Source of the DNA: Vulcanimicrobiota bacterium
GTDB lineage: Bacteria; Vulcanimicrobiota; Xenobia; Xenobiales; JADMJV01
DNA length: 64,000 bases
Direction: 5' to 3'
NCBI GenBank assembly: GCA_050250895.1
Contig: JBFWNU010000001.1
Coordinates: 128,001-192,000 of the forward strand
Made by a program: the position numbers and the translations under genes. The notes below the pieces were generated by a model. The model was not told the DNA's origin and did no database searches. It was given only the letters and a program-made list of their open reading frames with translations. Positions 1 through 8,972 of the stretch are shown one piece after another. Position 1 is the stretch's first letter; each line of letters starts with the position of its first letter.

Positions 1-219
1 GTAGCCGAGGCCTTCATCGCCACCTTCTACGGAGTCTTGTTCGCTAACATGGTCTTTCTACCGCTAGCCATGCGGGTCAACCGCATCGCTCAGGACCGTC
101 TCGAAACCCTCGACATGATTCTGGTCGGGTTGCTGGCGATCGAGCGTCTCGAGCACCCCACCCTGATGCTAGAGCGGCTACAGGTCTATCTGGGACCGGT
201 CAGGCCGGCCGATGAGTAG
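1..219 (+). CDS. motA: flagellar motor stator MotA/PomA, C-terminal part (5' truncated)
   Basis: Frame open from base 1: VAEAFIATFYGVLFANMVFLPLA...GLLAIERLEHP, the MotA TM4/C-terminal motif; overlaps motB start. Confidence 0.85.
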   Translation, partial: VAEAFIATFYGVLFANMVFLPLAMRVNRIAQDRLETLDMILVGLLAIERLEHPTLMLERLQVYLGPVRPADE

Positions 220-1156
220 CGGCGGTGAATCGGGACGAACCCGCTGGCTGGTTTCTTATGCCGACATGGTGACGCTGTTGTTCGCCCTCTTTCTGATCCT
301 TTTCGCCCTTTCGTCGGTCGACAACGCCAAGCTCGAAGAGTTGGCCATCGCGCTCAACCAGCGTTTGCGCGATGTCGAGCCGGGCCCGCTAGAGCCGGCC
401 ACCGGCCAGGTCGAAGACCCCGATCTTCTGCTCGAGCAGGCCTTGCGCCGGCTGGGCGGCAGGTTCAGGGTCGAGCGCGAAGCGCGGGGCGTGGCGGTGG
501 CCCTGATGGCTGACGGGGTACTGTTCGACTCAGGCCAAGCCGAGATCAAACCCGAGGGCCGACACCTTTTGGGTCAACTCATCGAGGTGGCTCAGGTGGT
601 CAAAGTTCCTCTGCGCATCGAGGGCCACACTGACGATGTGCCCATCTCGACCGAACTCTACCGCTCCAACTGGGATCTGTCGGTCCATCGCGCTTGCTCG
701 GTAGCCAGGCTCTTTCTCGAGGCCGGTGTACCCGAAGAGCACTTGTCGGTGATGGGCTTTGGCGAGCAGCGCCCATGCGCGGGCAACGATACCGTCCAGG
801 GTCGAGCGGCCAATCGGCGAGTGGTGGTTCTTTTCGAGACTCGACAAGGGCGCGCCCCGGCCGAGGACAATCGTATGGATCGAGATGCTAACGAGTCCGA
901 CAGTCCAGACCTTGATGACCGGGGGCGGTCCCGAACAACTCGCCACCGGCGTGCACATCCTGATCATTCTGACTTTGATCACGTTGGCCCCAGCCTTGTT
1001 GGTGTTGACGACCTCCTTTACCCGCATCGTGGTGGTGCTGGCCCTGATGCGTCAAGCCCTGGGAACTCCCTCGATACCCCCCAACATGGTCTTGATCCCA
1101 CTGGCCCTGTTCTTGACCTTGCTGTCGATGGGCCCCACCCTGGACCGCGTCTATGA
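212..1156 (+). CDS. motB: flagellar motor stator MotB (OmpA-like PG-binding domain); the C-terminal ~100 aa look like read-through into fliP
   Basis: WLVSYADMVTLL plug/TM motif, IEGHTDD, SNWDLSVHRA, NRRV. Confidence 0.9.
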   Translation: MSSGGESGRTRWLVSYADMVTLLFALFLILFALSSVDNAKLEELAIALNQRLRDVEPGPLEPATGQVEDPDLLLEQALRRLGGRFRVEREARGVAVALMADGVLFDSGQAEIKPEGRHLLGQLIEVAQVVKVPLRIEGHTDDVPISTELYRSNWDLSVHRACSVARLFLEAGVPEEHLSVMGFGEQRPCAGNDTVQGRAANRRVVVLFETRQGRAPAEDNRMDRDANESDSPDLDDRGRSRTTRHRRAHPDHSDFDHVGPSLVGVDDLLYPHRGGAGPDASSPGNSLDTPQHGLDPTGPVLDLAVDGPHPGPRL

Positions 1157-1562
1157 AGAGGCACTGATCCCCTCGCTCAACGGCGAGTTGGCGCCGCTCG
1201 ACGCTTACGCCAAGGCGGCCGCCCCGCTGCGTGACTTCATGCGACGGCAGACCCGACGGGCCGAACTCGAGACCCTGATGGAGTCGGCCCGCCTGCCGAT
1301 GCCCGAGAAACTCGAGGATATTCCCGACCGCGTGCTGGTGCCGGCCTTCGCCCTCTCGGAACTCAAGGCGGCCTTCACGATGGGCTTTCTAATCTTCCTC
1401 AGCTTTATGGCCGTCGACCTGGTGGTGGCCGGCGTCCTGATGGCCCTGGGCATGTTTATGGTCCCGCCCAGCACCATCTCGCTGCCCCTCAAGCTTCTGC
1501 TCTTCGTCATGGCCGACGGTTGGAACCTGATTGCGCATGGCTTGCTTACTAGCTTCCGTTAA
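885..1562 (+). CDS. fliP: flagellar export gate protein FliP
   Basis: TTSFTRIVVVLALMRQALG, PPNMVL, PAFALSELK, GMFMVPP, LPLKLLLFVMADGW; ATG at 885 chosen. Confidence 0.92.
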   Translation: MLTSPTVQTLMTGGGPEQLATGVHILIILTLITLAPALLVLTTSFTRIVVVLALMRQALGTPSIPPNMVLIPLALFLTLLSMGPTLDRVYEEALIPSLNGELAPLDAYAKAAAPLRDFMRRQTRRAELETLMESARLPMPEKLEDIPDRVLVPAFALSELKAAFTMGFLIFLSFMAVDLVVAGVLMALGMFMVPPSTISLPLKLLLFVMADGWNLIAHGLLTSFR

Positions 1563-2612
1563 CACCAGGGGCTTGCGGGCCGGTTGCCCCATCAGCGGGG
1601 CGAAATCCCCGGCCAGGGCGTAGGCAATCGGACGAGTGAACTCGAGCCGTTCGCACAGAATCTTGAAGATGGCCGTGATGGGAGTAGCCAATAACATACC
1701 GATGCCGCCCCAGATAGCTCCCCAAACGGTCAGGGCGAAAAGAATGATGACGGGGTGAAGCTCGAGAGAGTCTCCCATCACCTTGGGCTCGACGACATTG
1801 CCGATGGTGAAATGGATCAAGCCCGGAATGAGGATGGCGGCTACGGCCGCACTGGGAGAAACCCCTGGCGAGAACAGCACCAGGGGCAGGGGCAGCAGAG
1901 TAGAGATAATGGAACCGATGTTGGGAATGAAATTGAGCAAGAAGGCAAACAGCCCGAACACGATGGCCAGATCGATATTGAGGATGAGCAGCACCGCGCC
2001 CACCAGCACCCCCGTGATGACCGAGAGCACGGTCTTGGTAGCGATATAGCTCCTGACGTGGCGGTCGATGTCACCCCACACCCCCGGTAGCGGATCGGTG
2101 CGAGTGGCACCACCGAAGAGAATGAACACCAGCGAGAGGAGCACCACCGTCAGCTGCGATAGCAGGAAGAAAATGCCATTCGTGGTCGCCGCCAACACCG
2201 ACCCGATGCTGGCCGTGAATTCTGAGGTCAGCCGCTCGAACATCTCGTCCTGGCGCTCCTTGGCGAAAGGCAGACGGTCGATGGTCTGGTCAAGCACATA
2301 GCGAAAGCGGGCCACATAGGTCTGGGACTGCTCGGTCAGTTCGGTCACCGAGGTGGTGACCACACCGGCCAAAAGAAACAGCACCACCAGCGACAGGGCC
2401 AGGGTGAGCGAGACCGACAGCGGCCGGGGCAGGTTCCACCGCAAGGTGAACCAATCGATCAGGGGACTCATGACCGAAGCCAGAAAGACCGCCAGCACGA
2501 AGGGGACCATCACGTTGCGCAGCCAGTAGGCCGCCATGCCCGCCGCCACCAAAGCCAGAACCAGCAAGCAAATGGTGCGGATCCGGGCCTCTAGACGGAC
2601 ATAGTCGGGCAT
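1389..2612 (-). CDS. AI-2E (PerM/TqsA) family transporter
   Basis: Multi-TM protein with FLLNFIPNIGS, GNVVEPKVMGDSLELHP, WGGIGMLLATP; start ATG 2612 (the longer ORF runs through the repeat array). Confidence 0.88.
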   Translation of the reverse strand: MPDYVRLEARIRTICLLVLALVAAGMAAYWLRNVMVPFVLAVFLASVMSPLIDWFTLRWNLPRPLSVSLTLALSLVVLFLLAGVVTTSVTELTEQSQTYVARFRYVLDQTIDRLPFAKERQDEMFERLTSEFTASIGSVLAATTNGIFFLLSQLTVVLLSLVFILFGGATRTDPLPGVWGDIDRHVRSYIATKTVLSVITGVLVGAVLLILNIDLAIVFGLFAFLLNFIPNIGSIISTLLPLPLVLFSPGVSPSAAVAAILIPGLIHFTIGNVVEPKVMGDSLELHPVIILFALTVWGAIWGGIGMLLATPITAIFKILCERLEFTRPIAYALAGDFAPLMGQPARKPLVLTEASKQAMRNQVPTVGHDEEQKLEGQRDGAGRDHKHAQGHQDAGHHQVDGHKAEED

Positions 2613-2663
2613 GGTGAAGAATTGGGCGAGTCGTCTACCTGTCCTGTCCACCGAAGGGCCCAA

Positions 2664-2992
2664 GTCGGCCCAGCGGCGCGGCGCGAAGCGCCGGCAGGGA
2701 GCGGCGAGAGCGCCCCTGCCGTCGCGAGTCCAGCCTCCTGGACATTCGCTCTCGTCGCTCCCGTCAAGCCGCGGCCGGGCCGACGCACTTCTAGTCGGCC
2801 CAGCGGCGCGGCGCGAAGCGCCGGCAGGGAGCGGCGAGAGCGCCCCTGCCGTCGCGAGTCCAGCCTCCTGGACATTCGCTCTCGTCGCTCCCGTCAAGCC
2901 GCGGCCGGGCCGACGCACTTCTGGTCGGCCCAGCGGCGCGGCGCGAAGCGCCGGCAGGGAGCGGCGAGAGCGCCCCTGCCGTCGCGAGTCCA
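2664..2992. repeat. tandem array of a 130-bp structured unit, 2.5 copies
   Basis: Units start at 2664, 2794 and 2924 (GTCGGCCCAGCGGCGCGGCGCGAAGCGCC...) and are near-identical; each full unit is bounded by GTCGGCCC/GGGCCGAC inverted repeats. Confidence 0.95.
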
Positions 2993-3079
2993 CGGACATT
3001 TGGACTAGTAGGTATTTACCGCACGAGATGGGTGTTTTCCCCACTTGGAATGGGGGTTCGCCCACCGACATAATGGAGT

Positions 3080-4699
3080 ATGGGTTGTCGGGCCAAAAGG
3101 GGAGCCACTCTAGCCACCGCTCTAGTGGTCGGAAGCCTGGCCTTTCTGGCCGCCTTCATCCTGGCCGGCAGCAGCTTCGCCGAACTGGGTTACGCCCAAC
3201 GCATCGGCAACGAGCGTCGCGCCCTCAACCTGGCCGAGTCGGCCACCCAGATGGCAGCCGCTCGCTTGTTGCAAAACGACAGCTACGGCCAGGCTGGCGA
3301 GCAGTTTGAACTCGAACTGGCCGGAGCCTGGGGCGGATTGACCTTCGTGGTCGGCGAAACCCCCTACTCCACCTACAACCTCGACAGCGAGACGGCTGTC
3401 CAGGGCTTTGGCGGCCGGGTCGTTCCACCCCATTCCATCCACCTGGTCGGCTATGCCCGCTGCGCCAACGTGGTGCGGCGCTCGGAAATGGTAATCACGC
3501 GTCCCCCTTTCCCCTTCGTGGTGGCCGCTTCGGGGCCGATCATTTCCCAGGATGGCCTGGTGGTCGGCACCCTGGACGACTCGGGCAACCTCGAGGCCGG
3601 GCCCGACGAGCTACTGCCTGGACACCTGGCCAGCAACAGTTCGGAGCTTTCAGCCATCGAGCTGCGCGGCTCGGGCTTTGTGGCCGGCAACCTGCGGTCG
3701 GTGGGGGGCATCACCCTCGATCCCACCATCGAGGTGCGCGGCCAACAACTGACCGCTCGCGACCCGGTCGAACTCCCCCGCATCGCCCTGAGCGACTTCG
3801 ACCCGGCACGCACGGGCGACCCTTATCAGGACCTGCCGCGAGAAATGGTCGGCCAGACCCTGGTGGGAGTTCACCGCGGTCTCGGCGATCTGACCGTGGT
3901 GGGTGACCTGAACCTATCGGGCGCGACCCTTTTCGTAGATGGCGACCTGACCGTCTATGGGGGAGTGACCGGCAAGGGCCTGGTGGTCGTCACCGGCCAG
4001 GTCAAGCTGGGCGGAGCCGAGCTCTCGAGCCAGAACCAGTCGGTCTTTCTGGCCGGCAGCGATGTCACTTTGAATGGCTCTTCGCAACAGCAAAGCAGCT
4101 TTCAAGGGCTGGTCTACACCGAGGGAAACTTCTCGGCCAGCGATATTCGAGTGGTGGGGGCTTTCGTAGCTAATGGTCCTGATAGCAAGACGGTGCTCGA
4201 ACGGGCCAGCCTGGTGGCTCAGCCCGATTACACGCGTCTTGACCTGGAGGAAGTATTGGCCGAACAAGACTTCGCTTTCGGCTTTCGCGATGCCGGCGCC
4301 GGCATGCCCGATTTGCTGTATCAAACCGGCACGGGTCCGGCCCTGACCGACACGTTCATCGTCAAGGTGCGCCTGATCGAATCCCACGGCCGGCGCCTTC
4401 TGCAGGTGACCAACCCCTTCACCGGCGCCATCCTGGAAGGCGACGAAAGCCAGGCCGGCCAACTGCTGGCCGCGGCGGCCAACGAGGCTGGCCAGCTGGT
4501 CGCACCGTCCGACTTCAAGGTCTGGGACCCGAACCAGACGGTGGGCCGTCAAGAGCGTGCGTATGGCGACCAGCTCGACGAGATGCTGAGTTCGGCTCGA
4601 CCCCCCGCCCAGCTCTCGCCGCGGCTCGGTCACTTCGACCTCAACGAGTTCCTGGGCCGGGACGCCCAATGGTCAGTGCTGGTGTGGAGGTCGATATAA
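3080..4699 (+). CDS. PilX-like large minor pilin/adhesin with beta-solenoid-like repeats
   Basis: KRG|ATLATALVVGSL prepilin-like N-terminus, ALNLAES motif, repeated G-D-L-T-V strands; first gene of the pilin cluster. Confidence 0.65.
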   Translation: MGCRAKRGATLATALVVGSLAFLAAFILAGSSFAELGYAQRIGNERRALNLAESATQMAAARLLQNDSYGQAGEQFELELAGAWGGLTFVVGETPYSTYNLDSETAVQGFGGRVVPPHSIHLVGYARCANVVRRSEMVITRPPFPFVVAASGPIISQDGLVVGTLDDSGNLEAGPDELLPGHLASNSSELSAIELRGSGFVAGNLRSVGGITLDPTIEVRGQQLTARDPVELPRIALSDFDPARTGDPYQDLPREMVGQTLVGVHRGLGDLTVVGDLNLSGATLFVDGDLTVYGGVTGKGLVVVTGQVKLGGAELSSQNQSVFLAGSDVTLNGSSQQQSSFQGLVYTEGNFSASDIRVVGAFVANGPDSKTVLERASLVAQPDYTRLDLEEVLAEQDFAFGFRDAGAGMPDLLYQTGTGPALTDTFIVKVRLIESHGRRLLQVTNPFTGAILEGDESQAGQLLAAAANEAGQLVAPSDFKVWDPNQTVGRQERAYGDQLDEMLSSARPPAQLSPRLGHFDLNEFLGRDAQWSVLVWRSI

Positions 4700-5073
4700 T
4701 CGCCCGGCGAGGCTTGAGCTTGATGGAGGTGGTGGTCACCACCTCCATTCTGGCCATGGTCTTCATGCTGGTGGCCAATCTCTTCCCCACCAGCTTCATG
4801 GCTTTGCGCACCTCGGGCCAGCGGATGGAGGCCGAGAGCCTGGCCGCAAGCCTGCTCGAAGACTACCGCAGCCGACCCTATTCCCAACTGCCGGTGGGCC
4901 TCGACGTAAGCCCCCAGGCAAGCGGTTCCTATCAAGCGCGGGTTCGGGTCGTGCCCGTGAGCGGCGAAGACCCGACCTATCTGGTCGAACTCCAGGTCGA
5001 GGTGCGCTGGGCCGACAAAGTCGGCTCGCACCAGACCCACCTTTCAAGCTATGTTGCAGCATTACCGCAATAA
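4684..5073 (+). CDS. type IV minor pilin (PilV-like), prepilin N-terminal methylation motif
   Basis: RRG|LSLMEVVV class III signal; start uncertain (GTG 4684 or ATG 4669). Confidence 0.75.
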   Translation: MEVDIIARRGLSLMEVVVTTSILAMVFMLVANLFPTSFMALRTSGQRMEAESLAASLLEDYRSRPYSQLPVGLDVSPQASGSYQARVRVVPVSGEDPTYLVELQVEVRWADKVGSHQTHLSSYVAALPQ

Positions 5074-5647
5074 TAACCGGGCCATGACCCTGGTCGAAAC
5101 GCTGGTGGCTGCCGGCCTGAGCTTGCTGTTATTCGTCTGGGCCGTGCGCTGGCTGCTGCCGATGATGGGCCTCCAGGCCCGTGGGTTAGAACGAGCCGAA
5201 TTGCAGCACCAGACCACCCGGGCTCTCAGCCTGCTGCGCCGCGACCTCGGTGCCAGCAATCCGGCCGGGATCCGGACGGTGGTGCGGCCCGACCAGGCGG
5301 TGGTGGCCATTCAACCGCTCGGTTCCGTGGCCTCCGACGGCACGCTCAGCTGGACGCCCGGGCTGGTGCTCTTTCGCTACGACCAGGAGCGCAGACAGGT
5401 GGCGCGACTTGAGTGGGACGCCCCCGCCGGTGCCTCTCTGAGAAGACCGCTGGCCTTGAGCGATGACCAGCTCTTGAGTCTCTCGAACCAGGCGCGCCTG
5501 GATCGGGTAGTGGCCACCAACGTCTTTCACTTCTCGGTCGAGGGTCAGACCCTGCCGCTGCGTATCGAAGTCGGCCTGCTTGGCCGGTTCGACGGCAATC
5601 GCTATTGCGTGGCCGAGACCTTTGGTTTGAGGACCCCCACCCGATGA
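5051..5647 (+). CDS. type IV minor pilin (PilW/GspJ-like)
   Basis: RA|MTLVETLVA class III signal followed by a hydrophobic helix. Confidence 0.7.
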   Translation: MLQHYRNNNRAMTLVETLVAAGLSLLLFVWAVRWLLPMMGLQARGLERAELQHQTTRALSLLRRDLGASNPAGIRTVVRPDQAVVAIQPLGSVASDGTLSWTPGLVLFRYDQERRQVARLEWDAPAGASLRRPLALSDDQLLSLSNQARLDRVVATNVFHFSVEGQTLPLRIEVGLLGRFDGNRYCVAETFGLRTPTR

Positions 5648-6639
5648 ACACTCGCGACGCCGCCAGCTTTTGCCGAACCCTGGGGATGATGTACCGGGCC
5701 GGCCTGCCCATCCATCGCAGTCTGACCGTATTGGGTCAGCGCGAGGCGGTGGCCTACCTGATGCGAGGAGAGCCCTTATGGCGCTCGCTGCAGCGGGCTC
5801 GAGTACTTGACCGGGTACCCATCCAGATGATCCGGCTAGGCGAAACCGTGGGCAACCTGCCCCAGGTGCTGGACCGCCTGACCGAGTTTCTGGATTGTCT
5901 CAACCGCGCCCGCGGACGCATTCTCAGCGCCCTGGCCTATCCCGCCATGGTGCTTTTGGTGTGCCTGGCGGTGCTGGCCTGGCTACCCGGCTTTCTCTTT
6001 CGCCCGGTGCTCGAATTTCTGGCCAATACCGGGGGTGAGTTGCCCACTGCCACCCGACTGGCTCTCTTCTTGTGTGCGGCCCTACGCAACCCTCTGCTGT
6101 GGCTGGGCGCGGCCGTGCTCTTAGGCCTGACCTATCGAGCCTTCAAAAACCGGCAGGCTCCCCTCGACCCTGGGTGGGAGCAACGGTTGCTCAGGCTGCC
6201 GGCGGCGGGGCGAGGCTGGCGAAATCTGGTGGCGCTTCGCTTCGGCCGCGGACTCGAGGGTGTGCTGGCCAGTGGGGCGCCTCTGATGACGGGCCTGAGT
6301 CTATGCGCTGAGGCCTCTGGCAGCGGGCTCTTCCAAAGTCAAGTCCGCAGCTTGATCGAGGACATGCGCAACGGGCACTCGCTGGCCAACGCTCTCGAGC
6401 GGCTCGACCTGCTCCCCCTGGCCTATCGGCGAGCTCTCAAAGTGGGAGCGGAAACGGGCCGGCTCGAGCAGATGTTGCCGTCGCTCAATACCATGGCCGA
6501 AGAAGAATTCGAGCTTCTGCTCGAGAGTCTGGTCACCTTGCTCGAACCGCTGGTGATGTTGCTTCTGGGTGGACTGGTGGCCCTGATGATCGCGGCCACT
6601 CTGTCCCCCTTCTTGGAACTGATGAGGTCTGTGTTATGA
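5644..6639 (+). CDS. type II secretion/T4P platform protein, GspF/PilC family
   Basis: Two T2SSF repeats: GETVGNLPQVL..ALAYP and GAETGRLEQML..LLEP. Confidence 0.88.
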   Translation: MNTRDAASFCRTLGMMYRAGLPIHRSLTVLGQREAVAYLMRGEPLWRSLQRARVLDRVPIQMIRLGETVGNLPQVLDRLTEFLDCLNRARGRILSALAYPAMVLLVCLAVLAWLPGFLFRPVLEFLANTGGELPTATRLALFLCAALRNPLLWLGAAVLLGLTYRAFKNRQAPLDPGWEQRLLRLPAAGRGWRNLVALRFGRGLEGVLASGAPLMTGLSLCAEASGSGLFQSQVRSLIEDMRNGHSLANALERLDLLPLAYRRALKVGAETGRLEQMLPSLNTMAEEEFELLLESLVTLLEPLVMLLLGGLVALMIAATLSPFLELMRSVL

Positions 6640-8972
6640 AAAGATGGCTCCCCCCAATCCTGGTCCTGGCTATCGGTCTGATGTTGGTGGTCTTTTTGCG
6701 CCTGGAGGAGACGAAGGCTCGGGCCCAGGCCGACCAGGGTCTGGCTCGGCTGGCCACCCTGGGGGCCGAGCCGCTCCTTCTGGGGATCAACGAGCAGCTC
6801 GATCTCGAGTGGGTCCGGGCCTTTCCTCAGCTACGAGGGCTAGAGGTGGCCGACAATGAGGGCAAAGTCCTCGAGCGTTTCGGCGAGAGTGGCCAGGGAC
6901 AGCTCTTCACCGTGCGTTCCGCCGGCCAGGCCATCGGCAGCGTCAGGCTCAATACGGCTGCCGTCAAATGGAGTCCGTTGCCTCTGGTGGCCGTGCTCTT
7001 GATGACGGCCCTCACCCTGGCCTCGACCTCGAAGCCGGTCCGTCTGGTGGCCGCCACTTCTCCCCCGCCAACGCCTGCATTGCTACCCGAGAATCTGACG
7101 GGATCGATTCGCAGCGCTCTGGGAGAGGTCGGGCAAACCGACGCCGGCAAAGCCCTGGCTCGCGAGCTGTCCGACCAGCTGCGAGCCGGCAGCGTGGTGC
7201 TGGAGCTCAACCGTGACCTGACCATCCGCTCGGTGGGCGGCTCGCTCGAGGGTCTGGGCTATGCTCGAACCGAGATGGTGGGTAAGCCGATCACCGCCTT
7301 TCTAAAGGGCTTTCGGCCCGACCAGATCGAGGAACAACAGGCCAGTTGCCTGACCAAGGCCGGCGCTCCGCTGGCCTCGCATGTCTCGGCTGTGCCGGTC
7401 TTGAGCCCCTCCGGCGAACTCGAGAAAGTGGTCGTCGTGATGCGCGACAGCACCTCGGGCGGGCGGCGCGTGCGCGAGCGCCTGGGCGAACTCGAGGCTC
7501 TACACCGCAGCCTTTGTGACAACGCCAACGACCTGATCGTCAGCGTCACCGCCGACGGCACTATAGCCTATGCCAACCAACGCTGGCGCGATCTCACCGG
7601 CGAAGAAGAGTCGATCGGGCGCACGTTGTTGATGACGGTCACTCCCAAACATCGCCTCGGCTGTCAGGAGTATTTCTATCAGGCCCTGATGCAGGGCCGG
7701 GCCGGTCCGTTCGAACTGCAGATCCAGGGCGACGCCCCGGCCACGCTCGAGGGCTCCTTCCACCTCACTCCCAAGGTCGAGGGCCGCCCCCAGCTGATCA
7801 TGGGCATCTTTCGCGATGTCACCTCTCAGCGCGAAGCCGAAGAGCGCTTTCGTCACGCCCAGAAGATGGAGGCGGTAGGTCGATTGGCGGGGGGTATCGC
7901 CCACGACTTCAACAACCTGCTGACCATCATCTTCAGCTATACCTCGATGCTCGAGATGGAGGCAGAAGAGCACGAGGAGTTGATCGAGTACGTGCGCGAG
8001 TTGCGCCAGGCGTCGGAGCGCGCTGCCGGCCTGACGCGCCAGCTTCTGCTCTTTAGCCGAAGCCAGACCGACGAGCCGGTGGTGCTCTCGCTCAACGGCC
8101 TGACCCGGGATCTGACCCGCCTGGCCGAGCGCCTGCTGGGTGAGAAGATCGATCTGCAGCTCTTGCTCGAGGCCAAGCCAGACCTGGTGATGGGCGACCA
8201 GAGCCAGCTTGAACAGGTGCTGATGAATCTGCTGGTCAACGCTCGCGACTCTCTCAACGGCGAGGGGCGGGTGCGCGTGCAGACCGGCCGTCGTCGCATC
8301 GACGGTGGCGTTCCCAAAGGGCTCAAGCCCGGCGAGTATGTCTTTCTCGAGGTCTCGGACAACGGTTGTGGCATTCCCGAGGATTATCTCAACCGCATCT
8401 TCGAACCCTATTTCACCACCAAGATCGGCGGCCGCGGCACCGGACTGGGCCTTTCCACCGTCTATGCTATCGTGGAACGCTATCAAGGCCAAATTCAAGT
8501 TGACAGTCAGCTCGGACAGGGCACCACCTTTACCGTTCTGTTGCCAGCGGCCCACAAGTCGGCGGTGGAGGCCAATCAGGCCAGCGTCGAGGAAGCCTGT
8601 TGCCAGGGTCACGGCCAGACGGCCTTGCTGGTCGAGGACGAAGAAGCTGTGCGCAGCGCCATCGGAACCATGCTCTCTCGCTGCGGCTTTCGGGTGTTGT
8701 CAGCTCGCGATGGAGAAGAAGGCGAGGGAATGATCCAGCAACACGTCGACGAGATCGACCTGCTGGTGACAGACCTGGTCTTGCCCAAGCGGAGCGGCCC
8801 CGAAATCGCTTCCGTCTACGCTCAGAAGAAACCCGACGGCAAGATTCTCTACGTCTCGGGCTATCCTGCCGACGTCATCCGCGACCACGGGCTACCCGGC
8901 CAGGGAGCCTTTCTAAGCAAACCGTTTGGAGTCTCGGAGCTGCGTTCCAAGCTGAGGTCGCTGAGCGGATGA
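6636..8972 (+). CDS. membrane-anchored PAS-PAS hybrid sensor histidine kinase/receiver (CckA-like)
   Basis: QKMEAVGRLAGGIAHDFNNLL H-box, NLLVNARD, DNGCGI, GTGLGL, C-terminal REC domain. Confidence 0.92.
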   Translation: MKRWLPPILVLAIGLMLVVFLRLEETKARAQADQGLARLATLGAEPLLLGINEQLDLEWVRAFPQLRGLEVADNEGKVLERFGESGQGQLFTVRSAGQAIGSVRLNTAAVKWSPLPLVAVLLMTALTLASTSKPVRLVAATSPPPTPALLPENLTGSIRSALGEVGQTDAGKALARELSDQLRAGSVVLELNRDLTIRSVGGSLEGLGYARTEMVGKPITAFLKGFRPDQIEEQQASCLTKAGAPLASHVSAVPVLSPSGELEKVVVVMRDSTSGGRRVRERLGELEALHRSLCDNANDLIVSVTADGTIAYANQRWRDLTGEEESIGRTLLMTVTPKHRLGCQEYFYQALMQGRAGPFELQIQGDAPATLEGSFHLTPKVEGRPQLIMGIFRDVTSQREAEERFRHAQKMEAVGRLAGGIAHDFNNLLTIIFSYTSMLEMEAEEHEELIEYVRELRQASERAAGLTRQLLLFSRSQTDEPVVLSLNGLTRDLTRLAERLLGEKIDLQLLLEAKPDLVMGDQSQLEQVLMNLLVNARDSLNGEGRVRVQTGRRRIDGGVPKGLKPGEYVFLEVSDNGCGIPEDYLNRIFEPYFTTKIGGRGTGLGLSTVYAIVERYQGQIQVDSQLGQGTTFTVLLPAAHKSAVEANQASVEEACCQGHGQTALLVEDEEAVRSAIGTMLSRCGFRVLSARDGEEGEGMIQQHVDEIDLLVTDLVLPKRSGPEIASVYAQKKPDGKILYVSGYPADVIRDHGLPGQGAFLSKPFGVSELRSKLRSLSG

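Noticed and set aside
2664-2992. Possible CRISPR array
   Set aside because: Whole 130-bp units are identical with no unique spacers, and there are no cas genes in the window
2613-3071. N-terminal extension of the AI-2E ORF and overlapping ORFs across the array
   Set aside because: Artefact of stop-free GC-rich repeats; transporter homology starts at 2612
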